Shown here: positions 26,901-38,900 of the stretch, piece by piece
Position numbering within the stretch: the first letter of the stretch is position 1
How the letters are laid out: each line of letters opens with the position of its first letter
Assembly (NCBI GenBank): GCA_950097015.1
Contig: CATNEN010000039.1
Location: 9,176,001 to 9,240,000 of the forward strand
Source: Macrostomum hystrix
Lineage: Eukaryota; Animalia; Platyhelminthes
Length of the DNA: 64,000 bases
Direction: 5' to 3'
The notes under the pieces: model-generated
What the model was told of the DNA's origin: nothing
The model's input: only the letters and a program-made list of their open reading frames with translations
Databases searched by the model: none
Translations under genes and position numbers: made by a program

Positions 26901-29900
26901 AAACACATAATCCCAAGAAACACATGATCCCAAGAAACACATGATCCCAAGAAACACATGATCCCAAGAAACACATGATCCCAATAAACACATAATCCCA
27001 AGAAACACATGATCTCAAGAAACACATGATCTCAAGAAACACATGATCCCAAGAAACACATGATCCCAAGAAACACATGATCCCAAGAAACACATGATCC
27101 CAATAAACACATGATCTCAAGAAACACATGATCCCAAGAAACACATGACCCCAAAATGCACATGACCCCAAGAAGCACATGACCTCAAAATGCACATGAC
27201 GCAAAGAAAGACATGATCCCAAGAAACACATGATCCCAAGAAACACATGATCCCAAGAAACACATGACCCAAAGAAACACATGATCCCAATAAACACATG
27301 ACCCAAAGAAACACATGATCCCAAGAAACACATGATCCCAAGAAACACATGATCCCAAGAAACACATGATCCCAAGAAACACATGACCCCAAAATGCACA
27401 TGACCTCAAAATGCACATGACCCCAAGAAGCATGTAAGTTACCGCTAAATTGGTTGTCAATGATCCCAAAAAGCAAAGGGTCCTATAACACGAGCTAATA
27501 ATAAGAATAAGAATCATAACAATTGATTACACCTGCCCCAATTTGGCCAAACTTGTAGCCAAAAGCACAGCTTTGAGCTGCGTGTCTGAGGCCTACGTAC
27601 TAAATTCAGTCCATGGACTGTGCGTCGGGGCGCCTCATTTACCATCAATCAAAACATCAAATAATGGCGCCGATGAAAGAGCTGGGTAAACTGAAGCAAT
27701 TTAGAGTTAAGTGTGTCGCTAAAGGACACAAATCGTTCCAATCGAGTTGGAAATCGAACCCCCGACCTTAGACGGTTGAGTCATACGCTCAAATACTAAG
27801 CTGATCTGATAAAGCACAAGTATATAATTTATCGTTCGCACGACCATATGAAGTTAATTTATCGTTTATTACATAAATTACAATTATCATTTTTACTAGC
27901 TTAACGGCAGGTTCCACGTCACAGAATTCCAATGTCCGCTAATTTTGACACGAAGAACCAAGCTCGAGCATCTTCGAAATGAAACACAAAAAACATGCAC
28001 TTTACCATTCACTTTGTAAAACACCGAATATAGAATGACTATAATGAGCTTCTAAAACGATAGTCTATGACTGTTGGGTTTTCTCAGAGTGATTTAAAAT
28101 CTGGCCATAGACTATAGAATGACTGGGTTTTAAACCGATAGTCGATGGTCTGCAGCCACTCGGTTTGAGGGAGTCACTGAACTTTAGCCTGACGAGGACA
28201 CCGACATAGTAGAAATTTATTCAGCCTGTGTTGACTCTGAACGCATTAAACTTATTTATAAGCTTACGCTAAACAACCATAAAGTACTGTAAATATTGCT
28301 TTTGTCGCGCTATGTGGAACAGTGGACATGCAAAACGGAACGGCCCATTGAATTCTATGGCCGAGCGTTTGAATTCACACGAGAAAGTAAGCCATAGACA
28401 ACTCAAATTGTCATGCGATGTGGAACGATGAGCCAGAATAGAAGGAACGATTTTAGCTTTTATTTGCAGAAAGAATAAAAGCAAGCAGAAGCAGAATTGC
28501 ATTCAAGTGAATCTTATTATAAGTCTGAAATTGAAGCATCAGTTACAAAGTTTGAACCCCTAAAACAGATGTCGCTGCAAACACAATCGAAACAATCGAT
28601 TGCAGCGCAGCTCCCTGCCAGCGCACTTGTCAGCAGTGACTGCTTGACCAACAGCTTCAAGTAGCATGAATCTCCACTGCTCAAGTGTCACTCCTTCTGG
28701 TGGAACTTGCTCATCCTCAACTATGCCGGCTTCCGCCAAACTGTTCTTGAGATTTGACTTCAACGCAGAGTTAGCAAATTCGGTCGGGTTTAGAAATTGT
28801 GAATACGGGGGTAGGATTCGTGTCGTAATTCCGTCCCGATGGTTCTCTCGGATCTCCACATTACGATGAAAATTTGGGCCATCCATAAAAATTATCCAGT
28901 TTCCTGTAGGGTCCAGTTGATGGCAGCGGTCTGCTAGGTGGTCTAAAAATTCTTGAAACCTTTGTTGCGTTTGGCCACCTCTCTGGATGACAGAATGCAC
29001 CAACCCGAACTCAGACGAAATTGCCATGCAAACCGTAACGTTAGGACCCCCTCTGGGTTGTCACCGTGCGCTTCACTGGGTGTCCACGAGCCGACCTGCC
29101 CTGCGACCTCCGGGTCCACAAGTTAAAACCGCTCTCATCTAAGTATAGACAGTGCGAACTCCTGGAGCTAAGTGGAGCATGAAGTTAGCGTATTCGCTTC
29201 TGGCGTCCAGGCTTTCGACTCGGTTGGTGTTTAGGCGAATACGAGCGTATCCGTCCCCTTGGTCGCTAGTTTAACCGTAAAGGGCAAACCATCCATTGTT
29301 CGATCAATTGTTTTAAGGCTCACCTGCGGCTTGTCAGGAAAGCGTCCGATCAGCTTCTCAGCCATTGACTTTAGATTTAGAAAGGGATTTTGCTGCACCT
29401 CATGTTATAAAAAATCTCGCATCTCTGCGTCCATCTTGCAGCTTGCTTCCTTGCGTCCTCCACGAGGCGAAGCTTCCAACCTGCCAGCTTGTTCGAATGT
29501 TGACCGAATACGGTAAATAGAAGTTTTGGATACTCCTAACAAGACTGACACGTCCTTCATCGACAGTCCACCTTGCAAGGCGGCGACGATGCGCTGTCGA
29601 TCACGTACAGAAATTTGGGGCGCCATTATTGCTTAACTGATCAAACTAAAGAAAATGAAAGCGTGTTGTTGTCTCTGTGAAAAACTAAAATCGTTCCTTC
29701 TATTCTGGCTCATCGTTCCACATAGCATGACAAATTGAGTTGTCTATGGCTTACTTTCTCATGTGAATTCAAACGCTTGGTCATAGAATTCCATGGGCCG
29801 TTCCGTTTTGCATGTCCACTGTTCCACATAGCGCGACAAAAGCAATATCTGATAAATGTGCAGTTACAACACCCATTAACAGTAGAAGGACCACGCTTCC

Positions 29901-32900
29901 CCCCCTAAGGAAAGACCACGAGGTATTTCAAATACACACTGCCTACTTCACGATAGCTCCTAAACCGAAAGACCGATTTTCGTGAAAGTCCACCATCTGC
30001 ATCAAATCATCCGCACTTTACAATGAATTACCTTTTAAAGACGTCCGATTCAGCATCGTCGAGACATTCAGCAATTCTGAATTGCTGTTGACAATTACAT
30101 CTAACACTGCTCTGTATAAGCCTCTATGGCGAATCTAAATCTACACGATTCCTATGTTGTGTGATTCTGGAAGTTGCTTCATCGGATCGAGCGGAAAATT
30201 TTTGCCCGTTTTCTCGATTTGCATGGTGATTGGTTGAATATTTTAAGAGACACAGAAAAAAATGTGGACCATATTTGAAATACCCCAAGTGCATGGTCTT
30301 TCTACTGTTTGTCGTTATTCTATTCGCACAATCAGTTTACTATTCCCATTTGCCTCAGGCTGTTGTCAGAAGCGTCATAACCGGCTAATTCTCTGACGCT
30401 GCTCAGTCAAAGCCGCACTAGAGCTGGCCGCAGCGGAGTGTCTGCCAGCTTGTCGAGGCATTGGCGGCAGAGGCTGCGCCGCTGAGCCGCTCTCGGTGCC
30501 GCTGATCAGCGTCAACATGTAGCATCGAAATTTTCGGTTGCCGCGCATCATCACCAGAAAGTTGCAGGCCATACTTGCCAGGGCCATGTCGCGCAAGACG
30601 TAGAGCCAGCCGGTTTGAATTCTTACAATCACAGGGTCGTGTTTGATACTGAACCAGCTCCTTGGAAGCCAGTAGAGAGCCAGCGGCGGCAAGTTGAAGC
30701 CTAGGGTCAGTATGGACATGCTCAGAGTTTCAACGGCGCCACTGAGGTACCGGCCGCGTCTGACGCGAGCATGTTCAGCGAGGTCGCGTCTGCGATGTCT
30801 TGCAGCGCGAATCATCCGGTCGATCAGGAGGCAGTTCAGAAGCGCAATGATGATGAGGAAAAACACGGGCTGGTCGCAGACAAGGTTCCAGTAAAGCAGT
30901 GCCAGCAATGGACCACCAGAGAAGTCGCAGGCCAGCATGACAATATTCCTGCTTAGCTGGAAGCTGACCACAGAGGACATGAAGTAGACTGGTCCAGCAA
31001 TCAGTGCCGCCACCAAGGCCGCCAAGAGCATGCTTCTGAAAGCGGCGGTGGGTCCCAATCGCCTGAATAGAAACGGCGCCAGCAATGACAGAGTTCTGTC
31101 GGCCACCATCGCTAGCAGCAGACAAACTGGTGCCACCTGACAGAAGCTCATCGCGACGAAGGTGATACGACAGCCAGCTGGGCCCAGGTTGTACAGGATG
31201 GCTCCGAACCTGCCGTGGCTCAGCCATGGCAGGCCGCGGTCCAGAAACCCTGACACCAATCCGTGCCCTGTCAAGCACACCGAATCCACCAGAGCGATGC
31301 AGCCAAAGTATGCGTTCTGCCTGGTGAGGGGTCGCAGTCGGCGTAGTGTCGCGTAGCCAACCAGACAGTTGCCAACTACGCCGAAGCAGATGATCAGCGG
31401 AACTACGCAGCCGGCCACAAAGCCTTCAATTGTGGCCGTAGTGCAAAGGAAAGCGCTGGCTTGATCATCGCTGCCTGGGCAGACAGTCAGCATAGAGGTT
31501 AGAGTCTGGTAGTAGATGAAAATGACTTCTGACGATGCGCTGTTGTTCATTTTTTTCAGTCGAAAATCTTCTTCTTTAAAGTAATAAACTCGAATTAAAG
31601 CGCAGACTAACAATCAACACTTCACGCTTAAATAGAATATGGAAGGTCTCAAGTTTCTGAAAACTCTGTTTGATAAAAAACTGGAAACTTGAAAACTCGG
31701 CACGCATCAGTGCTTGATTTTCAAGGATTGTTAGCTGCAAACTCAACTCATGCCATTGCGTGCCAGATCACCACCATCTAAGATCTCGAATGTCATCAGA
31801 GGGTTCGGATCTCAAAGTTTTTTATAACGGCCCTTTGTGCTATCTGCGCGCATGAGAATTCCCGTCCTTCCCAGGTAATAGTCGTGTTTACTACTACTCA
31901 GCAACTCAGGGTAGAAATACAGGATCATTTACCTGGCAGGGACAGGGCAAGTACATAGAACTCACATACCGTACAGTGGTAACACTACTTCTAGTTTTAG
32001 GTGCCTCGCTTTTGTAATAGAAAAGTCCACTTAACAGTAGAAAGAGCACGTTACGTTTCCTCACTGAGGAAAGACCAATGACAGATTTTCGTGAAAGTCC
32101 ACCATATGGATCTAAATTTTCCGCCCTTTACGATTACCAAACTTCCGTAGACCTACGGACTACGGAAGACGCGCACCACAGAGAGAGTCACCATGATGAA
32201 TGGAGATGCAGCAGAGTGCGGATGGGAGGCAGATGTACTGTTGACTGTGCGCAGCAGCCGGGTATCGCTAAGTTGTCTCGTTCTTGAAATTCTACCCGGT
32301 TTCGACTTGCTTCTTGGTATGGACGCCTTCATGCGATTGGTGGCGTCAATGTTAGCGGCGATAGCCGCACCGTTTCCTTTGGTGCATTGAGAGGCCCATC
32401 CGGTGTGGAACCGGGGCCCAGAGCAGTCCCGGCGAGAGACTCGGCCTCAGTGGCGAGTGGTTCGGCGAGAGACTCGTCATCGGCGGCGAGTGGTCCGGCG
32501 AGAGACTCGTCATCGGCGGTGAGTGGCCCGGCGAGAGACTCGGCCTCAGCGGCGGGTGGCTCAAACAGTGATTCAGCATTGCAAGAGCGCCATACGGGGT
32601 TCGAGCGGATCGAAGACTCGGTACTCAAACCATGTGCGCTACTAAGTGAAGCCAAGTCGGCTTCTAGTCCATCAGGTGGCGATAACCGCGTGCTGATCGA
32701 GGACGTGGACTTCTCGGCTTGGTTAGCAGACGGTAAATGGACGGTTGCATGGAAGTGGCTCGGAGAAGCTCCAAGCTTATCTAACAGAATAGCGCAGGAC
32801 AGAGTGCAGTCGGAAGCAACGGAAGATTACGAGGCCGAGATCAGGGAGTGGATTGCGTCTGGCTGGCTCGTACCGTTCGACGGCGAGTGCAACGGTATAA

Positions 32901-35900
32901 TCCCACTGATGGCGGTTGTGCAAGTCAACAAAGCGAAGGTGAGACCTGTAATGGACTATCGTGAGTTGAATCAGCACGTATCTAGCCACACTGCCGATAG
33001 CGTCGTCTGCGGAACAAAAATTCGCGAATGGAGGCGACTGGGTGAGAATGCCAGCATCATTGACCTGCGAAAGGCCTATCTGCAGTTGAGAGTTGAGCCC
33101 TCGCTCTGGCGTTACCAGGTGGTGGAGTTCAAAGGCCGCCGCTACTGCCTAACGAGACTCGGCTTTGGCCTGAACGTGGCTCCGAGAATCATGACCGCGG
33201 TAGTCAACAGAGTGCTCTCTATGGAGGAGGACGTGCGCGCTGGCACCGACTCGTACATAGACGACATTATCGTGGCCAATGACAGTGTCCCGAACGAACG
33301 CGTTCTGAATCTCCAATCACGCTTTGGGCTCGGGTACTCGGTCTGCGCATCTTCCGCCGCGAAGACGGGGTCGCCTGCTGGAAGCGGGACAACGTTCTTT
33401 CTCACCTCGCAGTTTCTGCGACTCGGCGCCAGCTATTCTCCTGGTGCGGCCAATTGGTGGGACATTTCCCAGTTGCCGGATGGTTGCGCGTCGCCTACAG
33501 CTACCTTAAGCGCGCTGCCGGGGGAGTCGCCTGGGAAGCCAATGTGAACGAGTCCGTGATGCAGATGGCCCGCGAAATCAGCAAAATGGTTCAAGAGCGC
33601 GATCCAGTGAGCGGCGTGTGGACAGTCGACGACGCCTCAGCCTGCCGCGTCTGGTGCGACGCCAGCAGCATCGCAATCGGCGTATGTTTAGAAGTAAACG
33701 GTGTCATCTCAGAGGATGCATCATGGCTTCGCAAGCCGGACGACGCCGCCCACATAAACCTAGCCGAACTCGAAGCGGTCATCAAGGGTCTCAATCTAGC
33801 CATTGCTTGGGGTTCAAAGAGAGTCCAAATCATGACCGACTCGGCAACTGTGTACGGCTGGATTCGATCACTGATCGCCGGTGACAAGCCCGTCAGGGTC
33901 AAGGGGCTGGACGAAGCCCTAGCGAGGAGGCGGCTGGCTTTGATCCGGGACACGGCAGGAGAATGTGGCCTGGAGCCATAGAAATGTTATACTCGTACTT
34001 TAACTATCTTTGTTGTTAGTTGACCGATGCCGCTGCTTAAGCAGCCATAGACTGTTCTGACCGATGCCGCTGCTTAAGCAGCCATAGACTGTTCTGACCG
34101 ATGCCGCTGCTTAAGCAGCCATAGACTGTTCTGACCGATGCCGCTGCTTAAGCAGCCATAGACTGTTCTGACCGATGCCGCTGCTTAAGCAGCCATAGAC
34201 TGTTCTGACCGATGCCGCTGCTTAAGCAGCCATAGACTGTTCTGACCGATGCCGCTGCTTAAGCAGCCATAGACTGTTCTGACCGATGCCGCTGCTTAAG
34301 CAGCCATAGACTGTTCTGACCGATGCCGCTGCTTAAGCAGCCATAGACTGTTCTGACCGATGCCGCTGCTTAAGCAGCCATAGACTGTTCTGACCGATGC
34401 CGCTGCTTAAGCAGCCATAGACTGTTCTGACCGATGCCGCTGCTTAAGCAGCCATAGACTGTTCTGACCGATGCCGCTGCTTAAGCAGCCATAGACTGTT
34501 CTGACCGATGCCGCTGCTTAAGCAGCCATAGACTGTTCTGACCGATGCCGCTGCTTAAGCAGCCATAGACTGTTCTGACCGATGCCGCTGCTTAAGAAGC
34601 CATAGACTGTTCTGACCGATGCCGCTGCTTAAGCAGCCATAGACTGTTCTGACCGATGCCGCTGCTTAAGCAGCCATAGACTGTTCTGACCGATGCCGCT
34701 GCTTAAGCAGCCATAGACTGTTCTGACCGATGCCGCTGCTTAAGCAGCCATAGACTGTTCTGACCGATGCCGCTGCTTAAGCAGCCATAGACTGTTCTGA
34801 CCGATGCCGCTGCTTAAGCAGCCATAGACTGTTCTGACCGATGCCGCTGCTTAAGCAGCCATAGACTGTTCTGTACCCCACTTAACAAGTGCGCGAGGCC
34901 CAGCCCCTCGCAAATATATTCACCTTCTTGCGTTCCCTTCTGCATCTCGCATTAGCGACTTAGTTACAATAACCACTGGTAAAAATTTCACTGTAGCCTC
35001 GTACATATGCTGTTAAAAATAACAATGCACGCATGTCGCTACTGGGCCAAGGACTACTAAACAATACAGAACGTTGCAATCACATTTTGTGCAACTTTTT
35101 CAGAAGGCTGGCTAAATGATGCTAAAAGTCTATGGCGTATGCTTTATAAATACTCGTATATGCATGTAGCTCAAAAGGAACTTTCAGGCAAATATTTTTG
35201 GAGTCAAAATGTGTATTTAAATGAACATTTTTACGAATTCTGTGCAGTATCCATCGTACAGATTGCAATATGGTGTGTTAAAGGTATTAAATGAAGAAAC
35301 TAAAGTAGATACTGTACTAACATATGGCACTACCAAACTACCAAATTCATGTGTTGTTTTGTAGTCCTTGTACTGGGCAGAGGTAAATAGCTGATTAAGT
35401 TGATTCAGCAAGTAGCGTTGAATACTTGCTAAATTTGTTGAAGCTTTGCGACGAGCATTTAATTCCGGAAGCTGCTTCACAACGGGGAATATCGATGCGA
35501 AAGTTCGGGAGAAAGTCGCTTCAGGTTCGGGTCCTCCCAGAGTGTGCAGTTTGAGCACTATTTTATATGCGTCCGACTAACTCACCTGAGCTGTGTGAGT
35601 CCCTGAGCTCAAATCAGCGGTTATTCAAAATAATTTTAGATGTTTACATTATTTTCTTTGCCGAGGTGCAGACGAGGCGCGTAGCGTGCATTCATAGCGT
35701 GCGTTCATAGCATGCGTTCATAGCGTGCGTTCATAGCATGCGTTCATAGCATGCGTTCATAGCATGCGTTCATAGCGTGCGTTCATAGCGTGCGTTCATA
35801 GCGTGCGTTCATAGCATGCGTTCATAGCATGCGTTCATAGCATGCGTTCATAGCATGTGTTCATAGCATGTGCTCATAGCATGTGCTCATAGCGTGCTTT

Positions 35901-38900
35901 CATAGCATGCGTTCATAGCATCCGTTCATAGCGTGCGTTCATAGCATGCGTTCATAGCATGCGTTCATAGCGTGCGTTCATAGCATGTGTTCATAGCATG
36001 CGTTCATAGCGTGCGTTCATAGCATGCGTTCATAGCATGCGTTCATAGCATGCGTTCATAGCATGCGTTCATAGCATGCGTTCATAGCGTGCGTTCATAG
36101 CATGCGTTCATAGCATGCGTTCATAGCGTGCGTTCATAGCATGCGTTCATAGCATGCGTTCATAGCATGCGTTCATAGCGTGCGTTCATAGCATGCGTTC
36201 ATAGCGTGCGTGCGTAGCAATTCTTTTTCGACGTTCGATGCAGCCTAAGTTTCGCAGCACAGAAAATGTTTTTAAGGTAAATTCTATCATTTTAGTCATT
36301 TTAGCTTCCGGTACCTCCTCTTAATATGCGTGCTAGGTGTGAACGAGCGTGTAGAGTGCACTAAATAAGAAACTTGGTTCGAACGGGCTAAGGCCTGGCT
36401 TTATTCATATCCAGATCCAAGACAACGGGATCCAGTTTTAAACCTGACAGGTCTCCTTGTCTGATCTAGATCTCGGCTAGGCTAGACATGGATTGGACAT
36501 AAGCGGAATGCGCCGGACATTGCAGTTTGACATGCGCTGCGCGTCAGACTTATTATATCAGAAGCTGACAGCGACTAACGCCTTCGATGCCAGTACAATA
36601 GCCCTCGGGCAAAGTCCCAGCCAAGCTGCAGATTGAGATCACGATGCAGCTGGCCCGCATTTTACGCATCTCAGCACTCGAAGCTGCTACACAACCGCAT
36701 AAGAAAGCACCCATACAGCTGCAGCAAGGTGTGATTGAATTAATTTCGGACGCTGCGTGCCCTGGCTAGTCTAATTAGTGCCAACTGAACGTGCAGCCAG
36801 GAATTCAGGGAGCTTTCCGAGTGATCTATACGAATGCGTTGAGCAGTTTCGGAGCCTTAACTCTTGGCTCTTAGCGCTCTGGGCATTATGCTCGGGTAGG
36901 CCTGGGCTTGTCGGCAGAGTGCCTCCAATTTCTGCACTATTCGGTCTCTCGGCCTTGTATCCATGCAAATCTATTCGTAAATTCTGCCATGCAGAATTGG
37001 CATTCAGAACTAGGCTACTTCAGATCTGAATCTGTATGGCCTTATTTATATTTATTACACACAGGACCAGCCGGTTATGGACCACAAACAGTGGAAGGCA
37101 AACAGCCCCCCTCACAGGTTTAGCCAAAGGTTCAACGAACTCGCTTACTCTACGAGCTGGAATTGGCGCCTCGCCGCAATGAACATAAATTCCAGTACCA
37201 GACCCGAAGAATTACCGACTCGGCAGTGGCGCAAGGTGCAAGTGATAAGAATAAGATCCGTGCTGGCAGATTCACCTATTGACATTGATCATTTTTTAAT
37301 TTGCCTAAAAGCTCTTCCATCGAGCGATGGGCTATGCGTTTTTTTAGATTAGGAAGTTGATAAAACTATAATTTATGCGCCGAATCTGTCCTACCCCGGT
37401 AGAAGACGTGCAGAATGTTCATCCGAATGCTGCTCAGGACTTTTTTAGTACAGCTATTTTAAGCGGAAGCAGTTTAGTTAAATTTCCCAGCTTCTGGTGA
37501 ATTCCGCTGTACACCAAAAACAGCATGCGCTTAGAAAACTATAGGAAACGAATGCGATAGAACATTGTCTTTATCTAAAACAGAATCGTTATACAAAACA
37601 GCAACAATTTCAGCTCCAATACTAATAAGTAAAGCATCACTGCATGGGCATAAAGTTGAGTGCGCTAGTACTTCAGGCTCGAAAAGGTACGCGTGGGATG
37701 GCATGTGATGGCTTGTTACAGCAATTCAGGCCGCTGATATTATAAGAGATACTATAGATTTTTACAATGGAAATTAGATTGGAATGGTATCATGATAAAC
37801 AATGCTTTCTAGCAATAAAAGTGATTCCAAAAATGCCTTTTTAGCGCCTTTTTGGGACAAAATGCCCATAATTCCATTTGACTGCTGCCTCGCCCACCAA
37901 GGTTCCTGAGTTCGATTCCGAATTCATTGTCGCGAAGAGAAAGTTTGGTTGTATATCCTTGATGGCCGAGGCCCAACCCTCGAGGCACTTTGAGATAATA
38001 GTACACTGCCTGACAATGTGTTGGATGTGTCTGTGTCTGTCTGCTCTACGCGAGGGCGCGCCTGACGCGACCTTCTGACCTGATGCGCGGGCGGCGACTT
38101 CCACTGGCTGGCCACGTTATCCGGTCGGCGGCCCGCTGCCCTGAGGCTCTCTGCCTCTCTGACTCCTCCCCCCGTTCTGCCCACTGCGTGGCTGGCAGTC
38201 CCATGTTGTTGTTATTGCTCTGCGTCTGTGTTTACACCTAGCAGTTGGGCTTGTATAAATACTTATAAGCATCTGAATGCCCCCATTGGTCCCAATATTG
38301 GTTTTCAACTTCTATTTCAAACTAAGTAACTTCAATTTCGTCCGTGAGACCGGCCTACCTAAGTTAGAGTAAATAAATTTCACAAAAAGTAGCTTCTATT
38401 TCGTCTTGCATTTTTTCATCCGGCTTCGAACATTAATATAGGCCTTTATTAATGTTTGATAATATACCTTCAATATATATTTTTGACGTCTCAGGCAAGA
38501 CTCTAAGTGGGAGACAAGCAACAAAAATAGCTCGCATTGTCGCTCCATTAAGATTGGAGCTTCAAGAGCGGCTGGATGTGAAATTGTTGGCGCTACCCAA
38601 TTAGCAGATTTTTTTGTAATTCTGTGCTATAGGGTCATAAGTTCACACGGCCATAAATCTCTCGACACTCGACAGAATTATTATAATTGCATTGCGGCGG
38701 AGTCGGTGGCGGCGTTGGCGAAGATCAAAGGCAAGGACAAAGTCCGTATTTCACAGAGCGGACGCAAACACATCGCTGTGTTGAAGAGACGAAATAGGAG
38801 TTACTTTCTATGAAAGTGATTTACTATAACTTATGCAGGCCGGTCTTGCGGACGAAATTGAAGTTATTAATCGGGTACACACGAGCATCCCCCTCCCCGC

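Noticed and set aside
6091-27517. Repeat-derived ORFs (e.g. 6091-6489, 11292-11621, 14128-15127, 15964-16486, 20763-21812, 24868-25862, 26675-27517)
   Set aside because: They are translations of minisatellites lying in introns or intergenic DNA.
34021-34872. CRISPR array (37-bp palindromic repeats)
   Set aside because: Repeats are head-to-tail with no spacers, there are no cas genes, and the context is eukaryotic. The same applies to the 28-34-bp arrays.
36500-37350. Possible decayed LINE or host exon
   Set aside because: Only a faint QLARILR-like resemblance to RTE tails; no sustained frame or diagnostic motif.
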